Position numbers and translations under genes: made by a program
Notes under the pieces: model-generated
Seen by the model: only the letters and a program-made list of their open reading frames with translations
The model's database searches: none
What the model was told of the DNA's origin: nothing
Shown here: positions 40,471 to 53,330 of the stretch, piece by piece
Numbering within the stretch: position 1 is the stretch's first letter
Layout: each line of letters begins with the position of its first letter
Source: Rhizophagus irregularis
Lineage: Eukaryota
Direction of reading: 5' to 3'
Length of the DNA stretch: 64,000 nt
Assembly (NCBI RefSeq): GCF_026210795.1
Contig: NC_089433.1
Span: 4,898,001-4,962,000, forward strand

Positions 40471-40859
40471 CCCTATGAAAAAAAATTTCTTTAAAATATA
40501 CTTAAAATGTACTTATATATTTTAAAATATATCTAAAATGTACTTAAAATTTTTAAATGTACTTATAATATACTTAAAATTGCAATTTTAAGTATATTTA
40601 AAGTATAAAATTTTATACTTAAATTACATTTAAAATATACTTAATTGCAATTTAAATATAATTTAAGTATAATTTAAGTGCAAAATTTTATACTTTAAAT
40701 ATACTTAAAATTGCAATTTTAAGTATATTTTAAGTATATTTTAAAATGTTAAGTATATTTTAGGTATATTTTAAAATATATAAGTATATTTTAAGTATAT
40801 TTTAAAAAAATACATAAGTATATTTTAAGTACATTTTAAAGAATTTTTTTTTTATAGGG
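40471..40859. mobile_element. CMC/EnSpm-like foldback MITE
   Basis: CCCTATG/TATAGGG termini, 3-bp TSD CAC; nearly the whole 389 bp is an inverted repeat of ATATACTTAAAA units. Confidence 0.85.
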
Positions 40860-41328
40860 CACCCTACCATTTCAAGATGTGATTTAGTTTCTAAAATTTT
40901 ATATTCTATCATTTCATTACAATATTTACACCAAATATATCCCATCCATACGCATCCTTCTCCAATACTTATATTAACATTTATTATTGGACTAATAATT
41001 ATATATTCCAATTCTTTGATTGATCTATAAATTCGGCTAAATCACAATCTGGCACTTATACTCGCATTACATCTAAATGATCTAATGAATTCACTTTATG
41101 TGATTGCTACATCATGTATATACTCTTTATAGTCTTATAAAGGATGAATTGGTATAATTAATGAATCATTAAACATATTTTCAAATATACCGGATAGAGA
41201 AATTTTGAAGATTCTGTCGGATATCTTTTTTTTAATTGTTAATTATAAAATAAGTTTCCAAATAACTATTAAAAGTGGAAAGCGAAGATGTTACTGCTGT
41301 AATAATAATCCATTAAAAAGCATAAAAC

Positions 41329-41749
41329 TAGGGATGCCAACATTCAGTTTCGGTTTTAAAATTGTGGTTTACAACAAAAACTGAACCAACCACAAAACCG
41401 ACCGACAAAACTGAACCGCAAAACCGATCACAAAACTGAATAAAGATAATGTCAAAGATTATTTTATTTATCATGTCTTTTAAGTTTACATAATTTTTCT
41501 TCGTAATAATAATACCGATTATCTGAATTTTCTGGCGATGCGAAAATCACATGATCAACGCGTAAAGTGATTGAACTATAAAAATCAAAAAATTTTTGAA
41601 TATATTAAACATAAAACATGTATCAGCTTTTTATCGGGTTTTTATATATATAGAACCAACGGTTAACCTGTCAGCCTTGGACTGGACTGAAACAGAACCG
41701 ATAACTGAACCGGTAATAATCAGTTGTAACTGAACTTTTGGCATCCCTA
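41329..41749. mobile_element. Non-autonomous hAT element
   Basis: TIR TAGGGATGCCAA; 8-bp TSD CATAAAAC; AACTGA/AACCG subterminal repeats. Confidence 0.9.
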
Positions 41750-41862
41750 CATAAAACAATAAATATAATAACCGAAAAAATCTATAACAATTACATAAAA
41801 AAACCAATTCAAAAAAACTTTGTATTTTGTGATATTTAATATATCAAACACATAAATTTAAT

Positions 41863-43254
41863 TCACAGCCATTCAAAATCTTCATTATACAAATGATTAG
41901 AAAATTTTTTAATTATCCCTTCTGCTTTGTAAGTTTCTATTAAATTTTTATTTTCTTCACTAATAGGTCGACGTTTCTCATCTATAAGCTGTAATTTCAT
42001 AGGACGATCAGGACATTTAACTTTCCAATCATCAAAAAATAGTTTTAAGCATCCAATGTGAGTTGAATAATTAAATTTAAACTTGAACAAATTAATTGGT
42101 GAAGATCTTGTTAATATTTCAAAACATCTATACCAATCAAAACCAAAAATTCCAATAATAAACAATCCATCTAAATATTGACAATTAATTAATAATTTTT
42201 CTAATTCTAAAATATTATTATTTTTAAATTCTAACTTAAGATATTTAAGTTTTGGACATTTTGTGTAAATAGTCTGTACTAATATTTTACTATTAGGATC
42301 ATCATAACTTATTCTATTAATAGCTATTTCTGAAAGATATCCACTTGTACTTTCAATAATACCTTCCAAAAATATTACTGGATAATCATTATTAACCTTT
42401 AAAATTTGTAAAAAAGGCAAAGATAAATTTTTTAAGCAATACCATGTTACACCGAAATAACCATCTAATTCTAAACTTTTTAAATTAATAAAACATGATA
42501 AAAAATATGTGCCAGGTTGGTTAGTTATCTTAAAATGTTGTATGGTATTTGCATGTTTAATCAACGATGTTTCAAGAGCTGTATGAAATGATACATTATC
42601 TGTAGAACGGAAGATTATATAATGAACATTAAATAAGGATTTTTGAGTTTCAATTAATCTAGTGACTCCATAATTGTTATCATTCTTATTAATAATTAGT
42701 TCCAATTCTTTAACTGATTTACAAATTTCTATCAATCCAGCTAAACCACTATCATTTATATTCGTATAACATCTAATGAATTCAATATTTGAAAAGCAAT
42801 GCTTAGCTTCAGGAATTAGATGTAATTGATAATCAAATTTTTGGGGTATATAAAGGTGTGTAAATTTTGTATTTACATTAATAAAAAGACGAATAATTTC
42901 ATTATAAATAATCAACATTTCAGAACGCTTAACTAACTCTTTGATTGCATTTAAATTTAAATGCTTAAAAAAATTAATATAATTAAATGATGGCTTTTTG
43001 TATGAATTAATTGTAAAATCAATGCCTTGGCTCTTTATATTCTTCATTGATTCATCTGATAAATGTGAAATTATTACATCTAGTAAAAATTTTCCTTTTG
43101 AATAATTTAAATATTTCCAAGGATTTCTCCACAGAATTGGAATAGCAACCTCACACCAAGTTTTATTAACTAAAAGGCAAGAATGAAGAGTATATTTATC
43201 ATTATGCAACTCTTTAAATATTAAATAAAGAACATCTCTGTTTAATTTGGACAT
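41863..43254 (-). CDS. F-box-like / RNI(LRR)-like protein, 463 aa (paralog of 33436 gene)
   Basis: ATG at 43254, MSKLNRDVLYLIFKELHNDK...; colinear similarity with the 33436 protein through to EDFEW. Confidence 0.9.
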   Translation of the reverse strand: MSKLNRDVLYLIFKELHNDKYTLHSCLLVNKTWCEVAIPILWRNPWKYLNYSKGKFLLDVIISHLSDESMKNIKSQGIDFTINSYKKPSFNYINFFKHLNLNAIKELVKRSEMLIIYNEIIRLFINVNTKFTHLYIPQKFDYQLHLIPEAKHCFSNIEFIRCYTNINDSGLAGLIEICKSVKELELIINKNDNNYGVTRLIETQKSLFNVHYIIFRSTDNVSFHTALETSLIKHANTIQHFKITNQPGTYFLSCFINLKSLELDGYFGVTWYCLKNLSLPFLQILKVNNDYPVIFLEGIIESTSGYLSEIAINRISYDDPNSKILVQTIYTKCPKLKYLKLEFKNNNILELEKLLINCQYLDGLFIIGIFGFDWYRCFEILTRSSPINLFKFKFNYSTHIGCLKLFFDDWKVKCPDRPMKLQLIDEKRRPISEENKNLIETYKAEGIIKKFSNHLYNEDFEWL

Positions 43255-44339
43255 TTTATCATTATTATTTGACAAAAGAGTAAAAAGTTGTGCAAATAAA
43301 TATTTAAAGTTACTTTTATGACGTTTTTGTTTGTGATATGTTGTACATGTACAACTAATTATGTATTATTACGTAATTTCAAATATATATGGAAAGATCT
43401 TCCATATATCTCCGAATAATTTTTTTTTTCATATCAAGATTTGTCTATTTTTATTTACATGTATAATTCTTAAAGAAAATCTACTACAAAAGGTTTTTGT
43501 GATCTTTTTTATTAATAAATGAAACCCAGTATCTTAGATTAGAAATTATTCATTTCCTTTATTAAGAGCAGTAACGACATTATTGCTTCATAAACGTAAT
43601 AGTAATCTTATAATATCCAAGTACTTTTAGATAATATTAAGTTTTAGGAGATGAGATAATTATTATTCCACAATGAACAAGCAGAATAATTATGATAATA
43701 TCTTTTTGTTGTTGTATTTCTTTAATAACACATTTATTTTTTTTTCTTTTGCAGGCAGGATCTCATTGTCAGTGATCAGGACATCAGGTGTCAAGCAACA
43801 AAGAATTGTCTTAAAAGCAGCGTTTCACGTAAATTGATTTATTCGTATATAAATTTAAAATTTGGTATTTGCTTAATTTTAATAATTTCATGATTATTAA
43901 TAATAACACACAAATGTCGCCGAATTTTTGATTGTCGATCATCATGATCGCATGAAGCTTGTGGAGTTATAAGAATAGGATATATGTGGTGATGAAATCA
44001 ATTTTCTTTCACATAAAAATTATAAAATTTTATAATGCGGTCACCATTAAGAAATTTATTTGATATCTTAGTTTATTCTTTATAAATTTTCATAATAGAA
44101 TAAATTTTAGCTATTGCATTCATATTTTACTAAGATGTATTAATGGGATCATAATTTAGTGAGTTCTAACAAATGATCATATAGTACCTATACTAACAAT
44201 ATAAAAAATATTTATATGTTTCTGTCAACTGGCATCCTTACAATTTTTATGTAGAAGTTTTATTTTTAAATTCCAATAATATTAATTACCGTATTAAAGT
44301 ATTAACTGTCGCAATTTAAATATTAAAATGTTACAATTT

Positions 44340-44510
44340 CACATTCTTAAAATAAGTCAATTTTGGTCCGTCTAGTAAATATGAATATAATACAATTTTT
44401 TCCATTTTTAGGCGTAAGATGTGACTTCTATCCCAATTATTAAAAGATCCTATGATTTGTGTTATAGGAGAGGACGGATTATGAGTAAATATATGGATCC
44501 TTTGCTTTAA
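44340..44510 (-). pseudogene. Possible CBM48/AMPK-beta glycogen-binding fragment
   Basis: HIFTHNPSSPITQIIGSFNNW resembles the CBM48 VxxxGSFNNW motif; no intact gene recovered. Confidence 0.3.
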
Positions 44511-45891
44511 TCTGAAGTAAAGTAATATGAAAAGAATCATGATCATATCTTTAAGTTATTTGCTTTGTTTTCAGGTTCCTTCAGTCTTAAACTTATCCAT
44601 TAATTTTAATTTTGTTAATATGCTTCACATTACTGGAAATTATAAATTATGAATAATTTGAATAAATATTTTGTTAAATGTTTATGAAATTTAAATATTC
44701 TTGTTATATATACATAAACCATCAAGTGAATTTATTAGATGTTATGGAATAAGCCAAGATCCATCATCCATCTACTAAAAATTTTGTTATAGTCATGCCA
44801 TATCAGATGTGCTAAAGAGAGAAGTTTACGAAATTATTTAGATAATAAGAGGCTAGATATTCTTATTATCTGAGTTTAAGACATAAAATCGTTATTTTTG
44901 AGAGTATTGCAAAAGAATTCACGGAAAAAGAATAATTAATTCATCAAAGATTTACATAATGGAAATATATTATGATTTTTTAGATAAAGTTACTAGCAGT
45001 AGGGAAAACATCAAAGTTCGTGGTACCATACTATTATTGGAAAAAAAACCATCATTACCTTAAATTATAATCTCGCCTTCTTACAATTATTTAAAAGCTT
45101 TTGTGTAAAGTTGTGAAGATCCGAAGAAGCTTTTTGATCAGTATTTATTGTTTGTATAGCCTTACAGAATGTTTGATGTGATATCTCTTTATCTAAAAAA
45201 CAAAGAAAAAAAACAACGTTAGTATGGTTGGTAAAAAACACCACCATACTCCATAAAAAAAAGCCTCTGGGAAATAGAAGGTACCATGTTACCCAAGTGG
45301 TCCCTACTGTCATGGTCCTTCGGGATACCACTGGTGGTTTACGACACCACCAAACAGGTAAAATCGACTTTTTTTATTCTGTTAAGCATGTTTCATTAAA
45401 ACTATGGCTAAGAGCAGGGAGCGCATGCTTACCTTAAATAGGTAATGGTTATTTTCACAAATCTATTTTTTTTTTGGCATTCATTTTTTGTGAAAAAAGT
45501 GGAAGATTATAAATTAGATCGGAAGTATTATAAACGAACTGAGGGAAAATTTCACTCTTTTTATATTATTTCTCATCATGTGATGAGTCTGAAAATATTC
45601 TAACAAATAATCTTTTTTTTTTGATTTCATATTCAAATAAGATACTTTAGGGGAAAAGATTATGTAACGCGAGTATAATTTTGAACTCAGCATGTTGATC
45701 GATAAGGTTAAAATATATATTAAAGATACAGTTATTGGTTTAATATTGTCTAGTCTCAATTAGTGCTTCGATCCGGATGAAAACCGTTATCCGGATTACA
45801 CAAAAAAAAAATCCAGATTCTATCTGGATTGATCCGAATTAATATCTGGGTCAGATAATCCGGATGGAAACCGGAATCCGGATTGGATTTA

Positions 45892-46415
45892 CACAGTGAA
45901 ATTCGATAAACCGGATCTATCGGTTCCACTAAAAATATCCGGTTTATCGGGATATCCGGTTTAGCGAAAAAATTTCGATATATTGAAAATCTATTATATT
46001 GAATTTTTAAAAAATTTTCATGCTAATAAAACTAATATACACTATAATTTGATTTTTTTCATCTAGTTTTAAGTTATAGAGGTCATGAAAATGAATATAA
46101 AATATTTTAATTGAATATATAAGTAATACTTAACTTCAGCCGGAATTAAGATTTTTATAATTCCGGCCAAATTTAAGATTTACCGCATCACGTTACTTAA
46201 ATTTTATTGGTTCCCAGTCACGTGATCTGGTTTATCGAATCATTTTTACTATAGCTGGTTAGAAAATTGATCCGTTATAGCGAATATCGAGCTTTTACTA
46301 GTAAACTCTGGTATATCGAGCTTATTTTAATATACGTGATTTGGTTCCAGTAAAAAAGTCCGGTTTAGGCCCAAATCCGGTTTATCGAATATCCGGTTTA
46401 TCGAATTTCACTGTG
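45892..46415. mobile_element. Nested MITE with CACAGTG termini
   Basis: TIR CACAGTGAAATTCGATAAACCGGAT at both ends, TA on each flank. Confidence 0.85.
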
Positions 46416-47074
46416 TACATATAAAATTTTTTTTGACTGCGGACTAGTTGATGATCCATATAATAAACATCGAATAGCATTTCAACATATTTATTATCAA
46501 AAAAATTTAACAAATATTTTATGAAATTTGGATTAAATTAATATTAATATCAATTTAATTTTTAGAATTTATAGTTATACTTTGTAACTTTTACAACTTA
46601 ATTAAACTTTATGTATTACTGTAATAATGTAAAACCTAGACATCGTCAGGAAATGGGCGTTTTTACTAATAAAACTGCAAAACAAACTCTTTTTATACGA
46701 GAGAGATACCTCGTCAAGGTTTTAATAAAATACAGTATGTGGCTTTGTTAAATAAACATTATGGCTTTTATTTAATAAGAATCTGGGCTTTTTTTATGAA
46801 CTTTATGGCTTTTATTTAATAAGAATCTGGGCTTTTTTAATAAACTTTATGGAGAAGAATAGTAAATAATTAATTTTTTTATTTTGTATTTTTTTTTCAA
46901 ATACTCTAACAATTTAGCAAAAATTTTTATTTTTTCAAATTTTTTTTTATCTTCATATTTGAATTGAAAAAGGTGTATTCTTTACATTTTTAAAGTTAAT
47001 AAAATAAAGAACATTTAAATATATTTTACATTTAAAAAAAAACTATTTTACAGTTCTTTTCTAATTAGTCAGAA

Positions 47075-47352
47075 CTGTTTTCGCGCAATAACTCGCTATC
47101 CAGTGATCGTAAAAAAATGATTAATGGATCATTAGAATCCACTCATAGAGAGCTTTCGAATGGTACCAAAATAACCTTTCTAGCATCAATAGATGGCGAG
47201 TTATTCATGTAAATATTTTAAAATTATCTCATCATCTATCGAAGCTAGAAAGCTCATTTTAGTATCATTCGAAAGCTCTTGATGCGACGATTCCAATGAG
47301 CCATTAATCATCTTTCTACGATTACTGGATGGCGATATATTGCGTGAATATA
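47075..47352. repeat. ~280-bp imperfect palindrome inside the hAT element
   Basis: CGCAATAACTCGCTATCCAGTGATCGTA...GAGCTTTCGAATG pairs with CATTCGAAAGCTC...TACGATTACTGGATGGCGATATATTGCG. Confidence 0.8.
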
Positions 47353-48011
47353 GTAAATATATATGAAAACTCATCCGGATTCTGGTTCAAACCGGATATT
47401 TTCCATCCGGATCAAAATCCGGGTCAAAATCTGGATATCCGGATAAAAAAAAAATCCGGATTCATCCGGATTCATCCGGATGAGACAGAAACGGATCGAA
47501 GCACTAGTCTCAATACATTGAGTCAAAAAATATTGATACGTAATAGTCGTAATACGTAACAGTCGTAATAATTTTTTTAGATTATCGTGACGAACTCTGC
47601 ATGATCCATATGATTAATATAATAGTGACATTAATAAATAACTAATATGACTCATGTCGAGTCTGGATTAAACAAAATTATCAGCTAAAAAATTCAAAAA
47701 ATAAATGATATTACATTGCATCAATTTTTATATTTAAAAAAAAAATTTCGAAAACAATGAAAAAATATATATTTAATAATATAATAACAAAGATTATCAT
47801 TCATATAATTATACATATGTGAATTAAGTTTATCTAAAAAATATTGCCGAACGTTCGACGCGTTACTAATCACGTGCCTTAGTGTGATCGTCAAATTAGA
47901 ATAGACTTATGCACAAATAAATACGAGAGAAAAAATTAAAAGAAAGAAACAAAACTAATCCTCAAAAAAGCCGACCTCCCACCGCTTCCATCCAATACAC
48001 TTTCAAAAGAC

Positions 48012-50222
48012 TTCTGAAATACCAATATCATATAAAATAATTATGATAAATAATAAAATAAGTAGAGTTCGGAATCGGTAGCAAAAATTCTGGTGATCGG
48101 CATATTAACATATTAAAACTGATTAATTAATTCTATTAAGCCAGCCTCAATTAAGTGAACCGGTTTTAACCCTTTTTTTACAACCGGTTCCGAACTCTTT
48201 ACGTAAGTGCCGCAATTTTCCGCAAAAATTGACCGCAAGCCCAGTAATTCGTGGCTTATGCTGAAGATCCGCTGATTAATGCAGCAAGCCACAAAAAAAA
48301 TTTAATCAAAAATTTTAGTTGAAAATTCATTTTGCACAATTAAAATATATTTTTACAATAACATCCGAAATACCAATATCATATAAATTAATTAAATCCA
48401 AATACAAAGGAATATATTATAGTTTTCGAATATACAAAAAAAAAAAATTTTAATAATTGGATAAATAAAAATTATGAACATTTCAATTGGCAAGATAAAT
48501 TATCTGTATTGGATAATATTATTTGTGATCTTAAAGAAATTCATCAAAAAAAATATATTCATCAAGATTTTCGGAGTTCGGAACCGATCGCAAAAATTCG
48601 GGTGATCGGCATATTAAGCCAGTCTCAATTAAGAAACCGGTTTTAAACCTTTTTTTACAACCGGTTCCGTACTCTTTACATAAGTGCCGTAAATTTCCGC
48701 AAAAATTGACCGCAAGCCCAGTAAATTCGTGGCTTATGCCGAAGATCCGCTGATTAATGCAGCAAGCCACAAAAAAATTTAATCAAAAATTTTAGTTGAA
48801 AATTCATTTTGCACAATTAAAATATATTTTTACAATAACATCTGAAATACCAATATCATATAAATTAATTAAATCCAAATACAAAGGAATATATTATAGT
48901 TTTCAAATATACAAAAAAAGGAAATTTTAATAATTGGATAAATAAAAATTATGAACATTTCAATTGGCAAGATAAATTATCTGTATTGGATAATATTATT
49001 TGTGATCTTAAAGAAATTCATCAAAAAAAATATATTCATCAAGATTTTCAGAGTTCGGAACCGATCGCAAAAATTCGGGTGATCGGCATATTAAGCCAGC
49101 CTCAATTAAGAAACCGGTTTTAAACCTTTTGCTTTACATAAGTGTCGCAAAAATTGACCGCAAGCCCAGTAAATTCGTGGCTTATGCCGAAGATCCGCTG
49201 ATTAATGCAGCAAGCCACAAAAAAAATTTAATCAAAAATTTTAGTTGAAAATTCATTTTGCACAATTAAAATATATTTTTACAATAACATCCGAAATACC
49301 AATATCATATAAATTAATTAAATCCAAATACAAAGGAATATATTATAGTTTTCAAATATACAAAAAAAGGAAATTTTAATAATTGGATAAATAAAAATTA
49401 TGAACATTTCAATTGGCAAGATAAATTATCTGTATTGGATAATATTATTTGTGATCTTAAAGAAATTCATCAAAAAAAATATATTCATCAAGATTTTCAG
49501 AGTTCGGAACCGATCGCAAAAATTCGAGTGATCGGCATATTAAGCCAGCCTCAATTAAGAAACCGGTTTTAAACCTTTTTTTACAACCGCTTTACATAAG
49601 TGTCGCAAAAATTGACCGCAAGCCCAGTAAATTCGTGGCTTATGCCGAAGATCCGCTGATTAATGCAGCAAGCCACAAAAAAATTTAATCAAAAATTTTT
49701 AGTTGAAAATTCATTTTGCACAATTAAAATATATTTTTACAATAATATCCGAAATACCAATATCATATAAATTAATTAAATCCAAATACAAAGGAATATA
49801 TTATAGTTTTCAAATATGTAAAAAAAGGAAATTTTAATAATTGGATAAATAAAAATTATGAACATTTCAATTGGCAAGATAAATTATCTGTATTGGATAA
49901 TATTATTTGTGATCTTAAAGAAATTCATCAAAAAAAATATATTCATCAAGATTTTCAGAGTTCGGAACCGATCGCAAAAATTCGGGTGATCGGCATATTA
50001 AGCCAGCCTCAATTAAGAAACCGGTTTTAAACCTTTTTTTACAACCGGTTCCGTACTCTTTACGTAAGTGCCGTAATTTTCCGCAAAAATTGACCACAAA
50101 GCCCAGTAAATTCGTGGCTTATGCCGAAAATCCGCTGATTAATGCAGCAAGCCACAAAAAAATTTAATCAAAAATTTTTAGTTGAAAATTCATTTTGCAC
50201 AATTAAAATACTTTTTATAATA
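48012..50222. repeat. Tandem array of ~450-510-bp units (kinase fragment + mini-hAT + second TE end)
   Basis: GAGTTCGGAA recurs at 48065, 48574, 49051, 49500, 49958; units are near-identical. Confidence 0.92.
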
Positions 50223-51211
50223 ACGATCAATCATCTTTCTTAAAAATCATGTAAACTCTAGTTCAAATTTAATTATTAGTTCACATCTTCAAAATTTTGC
50301 AAACAGCCAATTAATTAATTTACAAACTGCTACTAATTTTAAATGCTTTATTTACATTGTTGGTAATTTTTCCATCGATCGTTATAGTCAACATTGAAGA
50401 ATAAAATTCCCAGAGAAATATTAAAGATTAATAATTACAAAAAAGTAGCAACACTTACGGCTAGATTTTTTTGTGGCTTACTGCATTATGATACTTGCGT
50501 AGTTGACCGTAAAATCCGACCGCAGGCGCATGCGTGATATCGAACAGGAAATCTTGCAGCATAGCCACCGATATTACTGCACTTGCGACAAGCAAATAGA
50601 AACATGGCCACAGCACTTGCGATCAGCAAAATTAGGCTGTGCAGCATGAATGTGATGAATGTGTCGAATTTTTATCGGGTTAACTTAATTGATTTAGAAC
50701 TGACTTAATATAACTTGACCAATTTAAAATACAACTAATTAATCCCGTAGTATATCCAATGATGTTTTTGAGTTTTATTAATTAAAAGGTATGAATAAAG
50801 AGATTATTGTATCATCTTTGTAACCTAATATCTTGCATATTTTATTGAATGTACGATGGTGATTATCGTTATATTGACTACCAAGCCGTGTTTTATGATT
50901 ACATAGCCTGAAGTGGCTCAGACTCGGATAGTATCAGTTTATATTTAATTTAATACCTGATATTGCGTGATTTACATACCACCAATAATATCTTAATCCT
51001 TGTGGCTTTTATGGCTTTCTATTGCTGTCCGTCCAGTCCGGTATGTGGCAAAACAAAACAATCTAAGCAATATCCCGTTTCCGGTTCTGTTTCCGTTTCC
51101 TAGTTATAGACTGTAAAAAGTATATAAACATCATTTGAACGCACTTTTCAACCATAAAATTCGTTATTAATTTAATCTTGAATAGTCATCCTATTAAAAA
51201 GGCTTTCAAGA

Positions 51212-51273
51212 ATGATTATTTTCAATGAAATCATTCATCTTTTTCTAAATGAAAAAACAAAATTTACACACTT
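51212..51273 (+). pseudogene. F-box/RNI-like gene fragment cut by a CMC-like end at 51278
   Basis: MIIFNEIIHLFLNEKTKFTHL matches the family; followed by CCCTATAAAAAAAATTCTGGAAA, a reverse-complement copy of the 40257 element. Confidence 0.6.
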
Positions 51274-51369
51274 AACTCCCTATAAAAAAAATTCTGGAAA
51301 AAACTATCATTTTTCTAGTTTTTATTCTGAAGAAACTCAGACATGTGATCGTTTATTTTTTTTTTTTCG

Positions 51370-51660
51370 GAAAAGGATATCCAAAACTTAATAAAGATAT
51401 CCTTTTCTTGATATTTGAAGAATTACATTATTTTCCGAAAAAGAATATCCCAAACTTAACAAAGATATTCTTTTCTTGATATTTGAGGAATTAAAGATTA
51501 TTCTGAAGAAACTTAGACATGTGATGAAGAAAAATGGCCAAACTTAATAAAGATATCCTTTTCTTGATATTTGAGGAATTATAAGATTATTTTTCGAAAA
51601 AGAATATCCAAACTTAACAAGGATATTCTTTTCTTGATATTTGAGGAATTTCAGGATTAT
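51370..51660 (+). repeat. Four tandem copies of an F-box gene 5' end
   Basis: Unit CCAAACTTAATAAAGATATCCTTTTCTTGATATTTGAGGAATT = KLNKDILFLIFEE; the copy at 51534 starts MAKLNKDILFLIFEEL. Confidence 0.75.
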
Positions 51661-51831
51661 AGAAAATTTCTAATTTTAACTGGAGAGGAAATTATTTTTT
51701 TAAAAAATAAATAAAAGGGATAGTAATAAAAAAATTTTTTTATGTAATACTAATTTTGGAGGTTTGACTGTACTTAGAGATTCGGAGGGGCGATGGGTCG
51801 GATTGGGTCGCGTTTAACTCACCGACAGGTT

Positions 51832-52232
51832 ATTCACCGACAAACGTTTTACCGATATATATATAAAATTAAATATAAAAGTTTTAAATATTTTTACGTA
51901 TATATTTATATGAAATAGAATTTTTAGTAGCACGTATTTCCTTGTTAGATTTAATAAAATACAAAAAAACTACTATAGATTTCCTTAGGGGAATAGCACA
52001 TACTTTTCACAATAGTTTATTTTTTAATAAATGTATTAATGTTTTGTTGTGATTAAAAGTTTTTACATATATATATATATATGTTTGTTTGTAACGCGCA
52101 TTTCTTTTATTTTTTTAATGAAATTTATAAAAAAAAAATAAAAAAATGACTATGTTATTCTATCTACTAACCCGTCTAAGATGAAAGTATCAATACTTAT
52201 TAGATCTAAACTAAATATCTAAAAAAAGTTTT
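51832..52232. repeat. ~400-bp inverted repeat, left arm (pairs with 57657-58078)
   Basis: Shared blocks such as TTCCTTAGGGGAATAGCACATACTTTTCACAATAGTTTAT and TTAGATCTAAACTAAA appear reverse-complemented at 57.66-58.08 kb. Confidence 0.9.
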
Positions 52233-53330
52233 TATATTTATTTTTATGTCGAAAGAGTGTTTTTTCTTAGTTTAGTTACACTTAGCAAAATGTTAGTCCC
52301 ATAATAGGTATATTATTGTATGTATAAGCCTAAGTTTATAGACAAGGATATATGTCGTACGAAAGTTTTTTGTACAACTGTTTATAAATAAATAATAATA
52401 AAACGAAAACTATAAATAGCAAATGAGTCTTGCTGATCGTAAAATTTCTAGTTCAGGTCAACACTACTTCCGGCTGCATTAGAGTTCAAAAATATTAAAT
52501 TATTGGTTTGATATTCGATTATAAAAAAAAAAATCGATCAAATTGAAGAAATAAATTTAAACAAATCTTGTTTATAATTGAGTTCCAACATTTATCTAAT
52601 TGTTCGAATCTTCGGAAAATCCGAAGTTTGTCCGGACATACGATCATTTGCTTGTCATTGTTTGCACTTAAATGGTTTCATTAATTATCAAAATTAGTAC
52701 AAGGACTAAATTAAATTATTATTATTTATATTTATAAGTTAAAAAAATGAAACCGGTATTTACATTTTATGACATTTTCGATCAGAAATCTTATTATTCT
52801 TTGTTTATTTCCCAAATTAGAAATTAAATTTCATATTATTGTTATTTCGATAGAATTCTCTAAAAGCAAAAAGAATTATCTATTTTGTTAAGCGATAAAG
52901 ACGATCATTAATAACTTTATATTTTTTGACTTTTATATCATCAAGCAATTTCTTTATAGAATGTTAAAAAAAGAAAAAAAGAACAAACATGTATTTTTCA
53001 CGTGATTCGAGAAAATATATCGCATTATTCTAAAATAAGACATTATAGATTAAGCTGTAAAGAAAACATTGCGTGGAAAAAAACAAATATTATTTTTTTT
53101 TCAATAACCATAAGGAAAAACTTTAATATTTTCTCATTCTTTATTATCATATAAACGGTAAAATATTACGAATTAAAATTTATTTTATATTTCAATTTTT
53201 TTTTTATTAAAAAAAAACAAAAAATCTTATATAAATTAACACAATATTCTTGTAAAATAATAGTTGAGACCATTTTTTTTTAAAAAAAAAAATTTTAAAA
53301 AAATTAAAAAAATTAAAAATTTTTAAAAAA

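Larger units (their letters stand above)
45761..47506. mobile_element. Non-autonomous hAT element with nested insertions
   Basis: TIR TAGTGCTTCGATCCG; 8-bp TSD GTCTCAAT; ATCCGGAT subterminal repeats at both ends. Confidence 0.92.

Noticed and set aside
44997..45309. Possible MITE with CAGTAGGGA ends
   Set aside because: Only 9 bp of inverted match and no TSD.
48531..50097. Repeated 60-79-aa minus-strand ORFs
   Set aside because: They run through MITE sequence in the tandem array; no coding evidence.
51797..51804. CAC terminus and 5-bp TSD for the large element
   Set aside because: The right end could extend to GTG, but the left reads ATT, and flanks GTCGG vs CCCGG match only 3 of 5.
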